DNA from: an uncultured Gemmatimonadota bacterium
GTDB lineage: Bacteria > SM23-81 > DAOVCL01
DNA: 64,000 bases
Assembly (NCBI GenBank): GCA_964626665.1
Contig: CAZVGK010000001.1
Span: 156,708 to 220,707 of the forward strand
Direction of reading: 5' to 3'
Part shown: positions 1 through 8,929 of the stretch, piece by piece
Layout: each line of letters begins with the position of its first letter
Numbering within the stretch: the stretch's first letter is position 1
Notes under the pieces: generated by a model
Told to the model about the DNA's origin: nothing
The model's database searches: none
What the model saw: the letters and a program-made list of their open reading frames with translations, nothing else
Translations under genes and position numbers: made by a program

Positions 1-1451
1 TCAATATACTTGGCGGCCTGGTTATTGGAGTGCTCCAGAGGGGGATGCCCCTACCCACTGCCCTGCATACTTATACCTTGCTCACCGTTGGTGATGGGCT
101 GGTGGCCCAGATCCCGGCCCTGGTTGTCTCCACTGCGGCGGGTATAATCGTCACCCGAGCTGCTGCTGAGGCGGATATGGGGGCCGATATAGTCAAACAA
201 TTGTTAGTGCAGCCAAAGCCCATTGCCCTGGTGGCCATCACCCTTCTTTTTGTGGGGTTGGTCCCTGGTTTGCCCATGGTCCCGTTCTTCATCCTTTCCG
301 CAGCAGCGGGGGGCATTGCCTACTTCTCCCGCCAGGCGCAGAGAAGGTCGGAGGAGTTGCCCCCTCCAGAGGCTGACCTCCAACCACCCAAGGGGGGGAT
401 CGAGGATATCAAACAGCTACTCCACATAGACCCTATGGAACTGGAGATAGGTTATGGGCTAATCCCCTTAGTGGACAAGGAACAGGGTGGTGATCTTCTC
501 GATCGGGTCTCTATGATTCGCCGCCGCTCCGCCCTGGAATTGGGAATTATCGTTCCTCCCATTAGGATAAGGGATAATGTGGCCCTGGAGCCTGACTCCT
601 ATCTAATTAAGATTAAGGGGACGGAGGTAACCAAAGGGAAGCTAAGGGGGGGGGCTCTCTTAGCTATGAACCCTGGCCTGGCTAAAGGTGAGATAGAGGG
701 CACGCCCACATCTGAGCCGGTTTTTGGCCTTCCCGCCTACTGGATCGAGCCTTCCCAGAAGGGGAAGGCGGAGAGGATGGGCTACACCGTTGTTGAGCCT
801 CCGGCGGTAGTGGCTACCCACCTATCCGAGGTGATCAGATCCCATGCCGATGAGCTGCTTGGTAGGCAGGATGTGCAGAACCTGGTAGATGGGATAAAGG
901 AGAGCCATCCGGCCGTGGTGGAGGAGCTTATCCCTAAGGTGATGGGAATAGGAGGGGTGCAGAAGGTCCTCCAGAGGTTGTTAAAGGAGCGAATAAGCAT
1001 TAGGGACCTGGTGACTATATTGGAGACTCTGGCAGATTATGGGCCCATGGTCAGGGATATAGACCAACTGACCGAATATGTAAGGCAATCCCTTTCCCGT
1101 TCCATCTGCAAACAGTTCTCCGATGAGCAGGGGGAGATAAAGTGTCTTACCCTGGATCCTAAGTTGGAGCAGATTCTCTCTGATTCCATTAAAAGGTCGG
1201 AGACAGGGGCAACCCTGGCCTTGGAGCCGGGAATCGTCCGTAAGCTCTTCGATAGCATATCCGCTAAGCTGGAGAAGTTTGCCCCGATCAATCAGCAGCC
1301 TGTAATCCTCTGCCCGGCAAGCATAAGGGTCCACCTCCGCAGACTAATGGAAGGAATCCTGCCCAATTTGGTTGTTCTCTCCTATAAGGAGATTGCCCCT
1401 TCCATAAAGGTAAACTCCATAGGGATGATAGGACTGGAAGATGAGAGTTAA
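1..1451 (+). CDS. flhA: Flagellar export gate protein FlhA (5' part outside window)
   Basis: Frame open from window start (NILGGLVIGV...); motifs TVGDGLVAQIPAL, LEIGYGLIPLVD, ERISIRDL; followed by flhF. Confidence 0.97.
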   Translation, partial: NILGGLVIGVLQRGMPLPTALHTYTLLTVGDGLVAQIPALVVSTAAGIIVTRAAAEADMGADIVKQLLVQPKPIALVAITLLFVGLVPGLPMVPFFILSAAAGGIAYFSRQAQRRSEELPPPEADLQPPKGGIEDIKQLLHIDPMELEIGYGLIPLVDKEQGGDLLDRVSMIRRRSALELGIIVPPIRIRDNVALEPDSYLIKIKGTEVTKGKLRGGALLAMNPGLAKGEIEGTPTSEPVFGLPAYWIEPSQKGKAERMGYTVVEPPAVVATHLSEVIRSHADELLGRQDVQNLVDGIKESHPAVVEELIPKVMGIGGVQKVLQRLLKERISIRDLVTILETLADYGPMVRDIDQLTEYVRQSLSRSICKQFSDEQGEIKCLTLDPKLEQILSDSIKRSETGATLALEPGIVRKLFDSISAKLEKFAPINQQPVILCPASIRVHLRRLMEGILPNLVVLSYKEIAPSIKVNSIGMIGLEDES

Positions 1452-2481
1452 GGTGTTTTCCGCCCCCTCAGTGAGGGAAGCGCTGAACAGGATAAAGGAC
1501 GAACTTGGCTCCCAAGCGGTTATCCTGAAAACAGAGCAAGTGAAGGGGAAAGTAGAGATAACTGCAGCCACTGATGTCGATTATCCACCCCTACAGAGGC
1601 AAAGGGGTAGGGTAGAGGGGATATACGATGTCTTAGATGAGCTCAGGGAGAAGGTTGACGTCATCTCCCAGACCTTGGTTTCCTCCCCTTTTCTCCCTCG
1701 CTCTCCCCTTTCCCAGCTCTGGTTTGTGCTCTTGGGGCGAAGGATAGGGGAGGAGACTTCCCTCCAACTAATCAAAAACCTGAAGAAAGACCTCTTTTCC
1801 GGGGGAGATGAGGAGGTGTTGTGGGATGAGCTCATCTCCCAACTGAGTTTGTTCCTCCCCTCGGAGGAGATTGGGGAAAGGCCAAAGGGGCCAGCCGTCG
1901 TCGCCCTCGTTGGACCCACCGGAGTAGGGAAGACCACAACTATCTCTAAATTAGCAGTTAACTTCTCAACTCTGCAGAGGAAGAAGGTTGCCCTTATCAG
2001 CATAGACAACTTCCGCCCGGCAGCAGGGGAGGAATTAGCCGAGATTGCTCAGAGCTTGGGAATCCCCTTGGAGCTGGCCAAGACTCCAGGGAGTATGGGA
2101 AAACTGCTGAGGGGTTTTCGGGATAGGGATTTCGTCTTTGTAGATACCGCAGGCCATAGCTATCTGGATACCCAGCAGATTTCAGAGTTGAAATCCTTTC
2201 TCCAGCGGCTGCCCTTGCCAGAGATCCATCTCGTCCTTTCCTCTGCGACTAAGCCGGAGGACAACCTTGAGGCCTGGAGGAGATTTCACCCTATACCCAT
2301 CCACAAGCTCCTCTTTACCAAGCTTGATGAGACCACCTCCCCAGGGGGGATAATGGAGACCATTTTTAAGGCAAAGAGGCCGGTCTCCTACCTGACCAAT
2401 GGACAGAGGATACCAGAGGATTTATGGGAAGCAGAAAGCAGAACGTTAGCCGAGATAGTTATGGGAGAGAGGACCTTATGA
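1441..2481 (+). CDS. flhF: Flagellar SRP-type GTPase FlhF
   Basis: N-terminal 'EALNRIKDELG', GPTGVGKTTT P-loop, DTAG, TKLDET, GQRIPED. Confidence 0.95.
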   Translation: MRVKVFSAPSVREALNRIKDELGSQAVILKTEQVKGKVEITAATDVDYPPLQRQRGRVEGIYDVLDELREKVDVISQTLVSSPFLPRSPLSQLWFVLLGRRIGEETSLQLIKNLKKDLFSGGDEEVLWDELISQLSLFLPSEEIGERPKGPAVVALVGPTGVGKTTTISKLAVNFSTLQRKKVALISIDNFRPAAGEELAEIAQSLGIPLELAKTPGSMGKLLRGFRDRDFVFVDTAGHSYLDTQQISELKSFLQRLPLPEIHLVLSSATKPEDNLEAWRRFHPIPIHKLLFTKLDETTSPGGIMETIFKAKRPVSYLTNGQRIPEDLWEAESRTLAEIVMGERTL

Positions 2482-3239
2482 GAAAAATCCCTTATATGAT
2501 AAGCTTTCCCAGTGGAAAAGGGGGGGTGGGGAAAACCAATTTGGTGGCCAGTTTAGCAGTAGCCCTCTCCCAAAAGGGGAAGAGGGTAATGATCTTGGAT
2601 GGGGATTTGGGTTTGGCCAATGTGGACCTCCTCTTTGGGGTGAATCCATCTTTTACTCTCCAACATGTTCTCTTGGGGAGAAAGGATTTGCCGGAAATTA
2701 TTGTAGATGGTCCCCAGGGGGTGCAGATCATTCCAGCCAGTTCGGGGGTGGATGACCTCCTTAGACTGGAGGAAAGGGAGATGAAGAGGTTGATCAAGGA
2801 GTTCCGGCTCTTAGGTCAGAGCACAGATTTTCTCCTCATAGACACCCCCCCCGGCCTGAGTCCCAATGTGCTGAATTTTGTTTTGGCCTCTGATCTGGCC
2901 ATAGTCATTACCACCCCGGAGGTTACATCCATAACGGACGCCTATGCTACCATAAAGGTCATCTCCCTGCGACAGCCCACCCCGCAACTGCCCTTAGTAG
3001 TTAATATGGTCGGGGGAAAGAGGGAGGCATCCGAGGTGGTAGAGAGGATTGGACTGGTGGCTGCCAGGTTCCTTAAGGTTCAGGTAGAGAATTTGGGGTT
3101 TATCCCCTCTGATCAATCGGTCCCCCGATCAGTGGCTAAGCAATTGCCATTTTACCTGGCTTTCCCGCATTCTCCCGCCTCCCAGGGGGTTGCCACCCTG
3201 GCCCAGAGGTTGATAAAGCGGGAACCCTTTGGTGAATGA
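2478..3239 (+). CDS. flhG: MinD-like flagellar number regulator FlhG/FleN
   Basis: SGKGGVGKT deviant Walker A, DGDLGLANVD, TPEVTSITDAYA; ATG at 2478 overlaps flhF stop (ATGA). Confidence 0.93.
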   Translation: MRKIPYMISFPSGKGGVGKTNLVASLAVALSQKGKRVMILDGDLGLANVDLLFGVNPSFTLQHVLLGRKDLPEIIVDGPQGVQIIPASSGVDDLLRLEEREMKRLIKEFRLLGQSTDFLLIDTPPGLSPNVLNFVLASDLAIVITTPEVTSITDAYATIKVISLRQPTPQLPLVVNMVGGKREASEVVERIGLVAARFLKVQVENLGFIPSDQSVPRSVAKQLPFYLAFPHSPASQGVATLAQRLIKREPFGE

Positions 3240-3469
3240 ACCAGATAATCAACAGATTGGCCAAAGCCGTTGCCTTCTCCTTGGCTGCGGTTACCGTCAT
3301 CTGCGGCCTTATCTTTGATGTTGGGATAGTAAGGATATTGGTGCGCACCTTAGCAGTTTATCTCTTCTTTTTCTATGAAATCAGATTTTTGGGGAGGATA
3401 ATAGGGAGGATGATAGTCTCCGCGCTGGCCGAAGGGGAGACAACCCCAGAGGAGGAGGTGCAGAGCTAA
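3236..3469 (+). CDS. Small membrane protein of unknown function
   Basis: Two hydrophobic segments; translationally coupled between flhG and fliA. Confidence 0.65.
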   Translation: MNQIINRLAKAVAFSLAAVTVICGLIFDVGIVRILVRTLAVYLFFFYEIRFLGRIIGRMIVSALAEGETTPEEEVQS

Positions 3470-3475
3470 TAGAAG

Positions 3476-4204
3476 ATGGATAACTCTCAAAGGGAAAAGT
3501 TACTCTTGAAGTATGCCCATCTGGTTAAGTATGTGGTAAACCGGATGTTGATTAGTATCCCTCCCTGTTTGGAGAAGGATGATCTGATCAGTGCCGGAAC
3601 GATTGGTCTGTTGGAAGCAATTGAGAAGTATGACTCGGGGAAGGGGATAAACTTCGAGACCTATGCCATTTACCGCATCCGAGGGGCGATATTGGATGAG
3701 CTGAGGTCTGTTAACTGGGCACCCAGAACAGTTCAGGAGAAGGCACGGGAACTGGAGAGGGCCTATCGCCATTTGGAGCAGAGGTGGGGAAGGATGGCCA
3801 CAGATGAGGAGATAACCCAGGAGTTAGGGATAACCCAGGAAGAACTTTATCGCAGGTTGGATGAGGCCCGGGGGATATCTACCCTCTCTCTGGAGCAATT
3901 TCAGTACTCCCCTAATGGAGGAGGACAAGTAACCCTCTTAGATAGTTTGAGCAGCAGCTCCCCCTCTCCTCTGGCGGATACGGAAAGGGTGGAATTGAGG
4001 GAGGCCCTGGCCAATGTCCTCGCCACATTGCCCGAAAAGGAGAGGATGGTGATGACCCTTTACTACTATGAGGAGTTAACCCTCAAGGAGATTGGGGATG
4101 TGCTTCACCTATCCGAGTCAAGGGTTTGTCAAATCCATACTAAGGTGATCATCAAACTGCGCGTAAGGTTGAGAAAGGTTTTAGAACCAGCAGGGGCCTC
4201 TTGA
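3476..4204 (+). CDS. fliA: RNA polymerase sigma-28 factor FliA/WhiG
   Basis: DLISAGTIGL, RIRGAILDELRS, LYYYEELTLKEIG, SESRVCQIH. Confidence 0.96.
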   Translation: MDNSQREKLLLKYAHLVKYVVNRMLISIPPCLEKDDLISAGTIGLLEAIEKYDSGKGINFETYAIYRIRGAILDELRSVNWAPRTVQEKARELERAYRHLEQRWGRMATDEEITQELGITQEELYRRLDEARGISTLSLEQFQYSPNGGGQVTLLDSLSSSSPSPLADTERVELREALANVLATLPEKERMVMTLYYYEELTLKEIGDVLHLSESRVCQIHTKVIIKLRVRLRKVLEPAGAS

Positions 4205-4381
4205 GAGGTGGGAAGCTGCAAATTTTAAAGTGTAAGAGCAAAAATTACCTTTGTTTCCATCCCCATTAAAGCAACATCTTTCCTTTTACTTTGCCTTTTT
4301 CAATTCTCAATCTCTGGCTGCAAAACTTGACACAAATTTTAAGAAGTTGCCTTATGAAACCAGCTAAAGCTTAGAAGAGAG

Positions 4382-4630
4382 ATGGCTGAATCGATAGATT
4401 TTCCTAAAGACCTTCCGGAACCGGGAAATATCAACCGGGTCCAGGGGGTAGGACACCGCCCCAACGAATCGGAGAAGAGGAAATTTGCTCAGCTCTTAGA
4501 GAAGGATGAGGAGAAGAAAAAGAAAAAGAAGGAGCACCTTCCCCCTGCGCCGCAGGGCGAGAAGGGTGAACCCCCTAAAAAGGGTTCTTCAGCAAATGGG
4601 CGGGGGAAATTCATCGATGTGACCGTTTGA
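4382..4630 (+). CDS. Small hypothetical flagellar-cluster protein
   Basis: Lys-rich ORF ending GKFIDVTV; overlaps next gene start. Confidence 0.55.
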   Translation: MAESIDFPKDLPEPGNINRVQGVGHRPNESEKRKFAQLLEKDEEKKKKKKEHLPPAPQGEKGEPPKKGSSANGRGKFIDVTV

Positions 4631-5763
4631 TGATGAGAGCTGAGAAGCTGAGGGGCAAGCCCTTATTCTACATAGCAGAACGACCTGGTGAGGATCTCCT
4701 CGCGGGCCTAAGGCCGGGTGCGGTTCTCCGAGGGAGGGTAGTGAGGATACTTCCTCCTGATAAGGCCATAGTTAGAATAAGGGGGTTAAACCTTGTGGCC
4801 GAAAACCACAGCGGGCTAAAGAAAGGGGATCGTTTTCGGGCCGGGGTGAAGAAGATGGGCCTCCCTTTGGCCTTGACCCTTTTGGAGGAGAATCCCCCTG
4901 ATGAAATCTCCTCCCGCCTAAAGGAAATCGGCATCCAGCCCACCCCTCTAAACAGGGCTTTGGCACAGGCCCTATTGGCCAACGATTTTCCCTTAAACAG
5001 AGAGGAAATGGAAAGTTTTCTTTCCTTATGGAAGAGCGTTTCTTCTGGGTTGGGGGAGGATTCAGTTAGGATAAAAACTGTCATCCTTTTCAAAAAGCTG
5101 CAAGCTGCACCTTCCCCTGAGATGCTTGAGGCCCTTAAGGGGGAGAAGCTTCTTATGGGGAAGAAGATAGATGAGGCCATCCGCTTTTTTCCTCAGCTTG
5201 GTGAGGCCCTAAGCCATCTTCCCGTCCTCCCTGGTGACCCCCAATTTCCCGCCAGGGTGCAGAAGCTTCCTCAGGAGGAGGATGATGTTATAAGAAAGGC
5301 TCTACCTTTGTTGCAGGTGTCCCCGGCGAAGGTTACCCCTCAATTGAAGGATTTCATCAGGGATGTGGGCTATATCAGGGATTTGCAGTTCCTATCTGAT
5401 AGCTCAAAGGTTATGACCTATCGGCAGATTCCTATCCAAGAGGGGGATAGGGTGCAAACCCTGCAGTTAAAGATCGAGGGGAAAGGCCGCTCGGTGTGGT
5501 TAAGGCTTTTAGGGGAGATCAGGAAGGGAGGGCGGGTTGAGCTAGTGGTTCACTTAGATGGCCAGAGGGTCCTTTTAAAGGTCTGGGCGGAAAAGGAAAG
5601 AGCCGGTTCCCTCTTTGAGGGAAAATTGCGGGAATTAGAGGAAAAGATAAAAGGCCTGGGCCTTAAGCTGGCCACCCCCCTTATCTGGCAGCAGAAGATC
5701 TCCCTCTCCCCTCTTTCGTTTCTCATCTCCTCTGGGGAGGGGGCCGTAGATCTCAAAGGGTGA
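4627..5763 (+). CDS. FliK-like (hook-length control family) protein, divergent
   Basis: N-terminal GAVLRGRV beta domain, C-terminal beta-alpha domain ending GAVDLKG; flagellar context. Confidence 0.5.
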   Translation: MMMRAEKLRGKPLFYIAERPGEDLLAGLRPGAVLRGRVVRILPPDKAIVRIRGLNLVAENHSGLKKGDRFRAGVKKMGLPLALTLLEENPPDEISSRLKEIGIQPTPLNRALAQALLANDFPLNREEMESFLSLWKSVSSGLGEDSVRIKTVILFKKLQAAPSPEMLEALKGEKLLMGKKIDEAIRFFPQLGEALSHLPVLPGDPQFPARVQKLPQEEDDVIRKALPLLQVSPAKVTPQLKDFIRDVGYIRDLQFLSDSSKVMTYRQIPIQEGDRVQTLQLKIEGKGRSVWLRLLGEIRKGGRVELVVHLDGQRVLLKVWAEKERAGSLFEGKLRELEEKIKGLGLKLATPLIWQQKISLSPLSFLISSGEGAVDLKG

Positions 5764-5915
5764 GGGGAAATTTGCAATTATCAATTAACAATGAGCAATT
5801 AAGAAATCCCCCCTATACAATGGAAAAAGAGCAGAAAGAAGATAGCATCCTTTATAGACTGGCCGCTGAGCTTGTCTCCTATCTCTATGACCTCGATCCG
5901 GAGGAGGAGGAATAA
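5760..5915 (+). CDS. Tiny ORF resembling the FlhB C-terminal helix (start GTG 5760 or ATG 5820)
   Basis: Own translation: ...MEKEQKEDSILYRLAAELVSYLYDLDPEEEE*; GTG overlaps upstream TGA. Confidence 0.45.
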   Translation: MRGNLQLSINNEQLRNPPYTMEKEQKEDSILYRLAAELVSYLYDLDPEEEE

Positions 5916-5917
5916 AA

Positions 5918-6781
5918 GTGGGGCAGACGAAGGTTATCGCAGGGGACATCGATCGGATGAGCGGAGATCTCTCCTTTGAGGGTTCCCTCAGGGTGGAGGG
6001 GAGTATCAAGCGGGGACAGCGACTGAAGATCTCCGGAGACCTTCTGGTGGAGGGGGAGATTGAGGATGCGGAGGTGGAAACCGGTGGGATGATCACCGTT
6101 CAGGGAGGGATTACGGGAGAGGGTAAGGGGGTGATCTTGGCCTCCGGAGGGGTGAGAGCGAAGTATATAAATAATCAAACTGTAATCAGCCACAGTTTAG
6201 TGGAGGTGAGTGAGGAGATCAGGCAGGCCATCATAAAGGCCGATCAAATGGTGCTGGTTACCCAGGGGAGGGGTTGGATAGTAGGGGGCACAATTACTGC
6301 GGGGAGGGAGGTAAGGGCCAGGAACATTGGCAGTCGCTATGCTACTCCCACTATCATTAAGGTGGGTTTTCTCCCCGAGGTGTGGGATAAGTTGGATGGA
6401 TTGAGGAGAAAGATAGCGATGAAGGAGAGGATAAGGACCCAGATGGGGAAGGAGCTGAGCTACCTGCGAAAGCTCAAGAAGCAGGAAGGAAAACTTCCCC
6501 CCAGGAAGGAGGAGCTACTTCAAGAGATAGACTTTCTCCATGGAATCTACCGGGACCAGCTTAAGGAGATGAAGGAGGAGTGGGATTTTTTGGAGAATCA
6601 CCTCCAGGAGCTAACCGTGGGTCAGGTGACAGTGGAGGAGATGATCTTCCCCGGGGTGGTCATTAATATCTTAAACTCTCAACGAAAATTAGAGGAAGTC
6701 AAAAGGGGGGTTATCTTCAAAAAGGATAAGGATGAGGTAATTGACTTACCCTGGGAAGTTGGCAATTCCAAGGGCAAGTGA
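5918..6781 (+). CDS. FapA/DUF342-family protein (C-terminal beta-helix and coiled-coil part only)
   Basis: GDLSFEGSLRVEGSI, IVGGTITAG, IFPGVVINI; coiled coil. Confidence 0.8.
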   Translation: MGQTKVIAGDIDRMSGDLSFEGSLRVEGSIKRGQRLKISGDLLVEGEIEDAEVETGGMITVQGGITGEGKGVILASGGVRAKYINNQTVISHSLVEVSEEIRQAIIKADQMVLVTQGRGWIVGGTITAGREVRARNIGSRYATPTIIKVGFLPEVWDKLDGLRRKIAMKERIRTQMGKELSYLRKLKKQEGKLPPRKEELLQEIDFLHGIYRDQLKEMKEEWDFLENHLQELTVGQVTVEEMIFPGVVINILNSQRKLEEVKRGVIFKKDKDEVIDLPWEVGNSKGK

Positions 6782-6793
6782 GAAGTGAAAAAG

Positions 6794-6890
6794 GGCCACA
6801 TTTTTATTTTTGACTTTTCGCAAGTGAAAAGGCAGTTGATGCTTATTGTCCTCTCAGATATCGGTAAGTCCAGAGTAAAGATCCGACCCC
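6794..6890. repeat. Inverted pair of ~25-nt REP-like units
   Basis: 6794-6820 reverse complement cgaaaagtcaaaaataaaaatgtggcc resembles 6866-6890 aagtccagagtaaagatccgacccc; a further copy at 59633-59659. Confidence 0.55.
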
Positions 6891-6970
6891 ATCTTAACCG
6901 AGTTGATTTCCTTTCTTTGACCTTACCTGTTAGACCCCCAAAAATGGGGGACGGTGGTGCAGAGAGTGCA

Positions 6971-7490
6971 TTAGCTCTTCCATTTATTTGAGATCCTTTC
7001 CCCGATAAGACTTATCTCTTTCTTACTTACAACCCTGTTGATACATGAAGTAGTCACCCCTAAATGACGGGCAACTTCTGCTCCACTCATCCCTAACTTC
7101 TTTAAGGCCAATTGAGCAACTATAAACCTTCTATACCTATTTTGGGCTTCCTTTGTCCCTTCTCCAAATCTGGCCAATACCTCTTCTACTCTCTGTCATG
7201 ACCTTTCTATCTTCCCCATTAAGGCTGAATGACCACACCAGGGATACCGATCAAGCTCTTCTAAGTTCTTCACCAATCCTGCTCGATATGGACATATCTG
7301 GTAAGCTCTAACAAAAAAGGGGTTTCTTCACATAGAATTGATTTATATCGGTTTTGAAAGAGGTATCCCTGCCTATTATTGAAGCTTACGGCGTATCCAG
7401 TCATCAGTTTCCTCATAGCCGAAGATAGAGATGTAACCCTGTGCGAATCAGGAGATGAAAATGGTTGGGAATCAAAGCCCAAGCATATAT
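6971..7490 (-). pseudogene. Degraded Y1/HUH REP-associated tyrosine transposase (RAYT/IS200-like) with C-terminal HTH
   Basis: Fragments in different frames: IYAWALIPNHFHLLIRTG (HUH), MRKLMTGYAVSFN, GYLFQNRYKSILCEE, LEELDRYPWCGHSALMG, LGMSGAEVARHLGV. Confidence 0.85.
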
Positions 7491-7604
7491 CTGCCCCATC
7501 GTCCCCTATGCTGTCTGATAAGTATCTTCAAGAATATAGACTTTCACCTTTCAGATGAAAAAAGGGGATTAAACTCAATTTTTAAAAGCTCTTTATTTTA
7601 AATA

Positions 7605-7654
7605 TCTGGTGATAATCTTGTGAAATCTCGTGGTTTCTTAACGCATAATCTGGG
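7605..7654. repeat. Dispersed repeat copy A containing dif-like CGCATAA
   Basis: tctggtgataatc...taacgcataatctggg also found at 54351-54390. Confidence 0.7.
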
Positions 7655-7662
7655 TTAAAGTT

Positions 7663-8877
7663 TTATCCTCTCTCTTGAATTTCAGGGGGGATTTGGCCGG
7701 GTTTTTTTATCCTTTTAATCAGGGCAGGGATTACCTGGAAGAGATCGCCCACTATAGCATAGGTGGCCACTTTGAAGATGGGGGCCTCTGGGTCCTTGTT
7801 TATGGCCACGATCACCTTTGCTGACTGCATGCCCACCAGATGTTGGATGGCCCCTGATATGCCGCAGGCTATATAGAGTTGCGGACAGACGGTCTTTCCG
7901 GTCTGACCAACCTGATGGGAGTAGGGGATCCAACCGGCATCAACCGCGGCCCGGGAGGCCCCTACAGCTCCCCCTAAGGCTCTGGCCAACTCCTCTATCA
8001 GGTCAAATTTAGAGGGATCACCTAAGCCCCTTCCCCCGGAGACGATGATGTCGGCCTCGGCTATGTTGATCGTCTCCCCCTCCTCCTTGACCACCTTGAG
8101 GAGCTTGCTGCGGGAGGGAAGCTCCTTCGGTTTAAACTCCTTGCGGATTAGTTGGCCCTCCCTCTTCTGGTCAACTGATCCTGCCCTCATTACCTTAGGT
8201 CTCACCGTGGCCATCTGGGGGCGGTGATGGGGGCAGGTGATGGTGGCCATAATATTCCCCCCAAATGCAGGACGGGTCTGGAGGAGAAGGCCGTTTTCCG
8301 GGTCGATCTCCAGTCCCGTGCAGTCCGCGGTTAGACCCGTCTTTAATTTAGTGGCCACCCGGGGGATGAGGGATCTCCCCAAGCTAGTCCCCCCTCCGAG
8401 GACTATCTCCGGTCGGTACTCCCGGATGAGGGCGACCAAGGCCTGGGTATAGGGCTCCACCAGAAAGTCCTCCAATTGAGGTGAGTCAACCAGGTAGACC
8501 CGGTCTGCCCCCCACTGGATCAGCTCCGCAGCCTTATCCTCTACCCCCCAGCCAAGCAGGACGGCGGATAGCTCGTCCCCTCTGGCCTGGGCGAGCCTTC
8601 TGCCCTCACCCAGAAGCTCAAAGCTTACCGGATTTAATTTCCCCTCTCTTTGCTCGGCGAAGATCCAAATCCCGGAATAGCCTCTTTCAGCCGGAAGCTC
8701 GCTCTTCCCCCTAATGAGGATGGCATTGAACTTGCAGGAGTCAACACAGGCTCCACAGAGAGTGCATCCCTGGCCGATAACGGCTAAGCCCTCGACCATC
8801 TCGATGGCTCCATAGGGGCAGACCCCCACGCAGGCTCCACATCCCACACACCTTTCTTGAATGACCTCTATGTTCAT
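7663..8877 (-). CDS. etfA: Electron transfer flavoprotein alpha subunit with N-terminal 2x[4Fe-4S] ferredoxin domain
   Basis: [12 protein letters not shown] and [45 protein letters not shown]; likely ATG at 8877. Confidence 0.93.
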   Translation of the reverse strand: MNIEVIQERCVGCGACVGVCPYGAIEMVEGLAVIGQGCTLCGACVDSCKFNAILIRGKSELPAERGYSGIWIFAEQREGKLNPVSFELLGEGRRLAQARGDELSAVLLGWGVEDKAAELIQWGADRVYLVDSPQLEDFLVEPYTQALVALIREYRPEIVLGGGTSLGRSLIPRVATKLKTGLTADCTGLEIDPENGLLLQTRPAFGGNIMATITCPHHRPQMATVRPKVMRAGSVDQKREGQLIRKEFKPKELPSRSKLLKVVKEEGETINIAEADIIVSGGRGLGDPSKFDLIEELARALGGAVGASRAAVDAGWIPYSHQVGQTGKTVCPQLYIACGISGAIQHLVGMQSAKVIVAINKDPEAPIFKVATYAIVGDLFQVIPALIKRIKKPGQIPPEIQERG

Positions 8878-8884
8878 AATATTT

Positions 8885-8922
8885 AAAAAAATAAGGGCCT
8901 CGGCTCTGGGACCCTTATTTTT
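8885..8922 (-). terminator. Intrinsic terminator-like hairpin, possibly bidirectional
   Basis: aaaaataagggcc...acccttattttt stem with T runs on both strands. Confidence 0.65.
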
Positions 8923-8929
8923 CACCTTG

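Noticed and set aside
3811-3840. gataacccagga repeated in fliA
   Set aside because: Coding repeat (ITQE LG ITQE) within a normal sigma region 3.
4325-4400. Sigma-28 promoter upstream of the 4382 ORF
   Set aside because: TAAA is present but no GCCGATAA at the proper spacing.
6785-6991. 68-aa ORF after the FapA-like gene
   Set aside because: Runs through REP-like repeats; no protein features.
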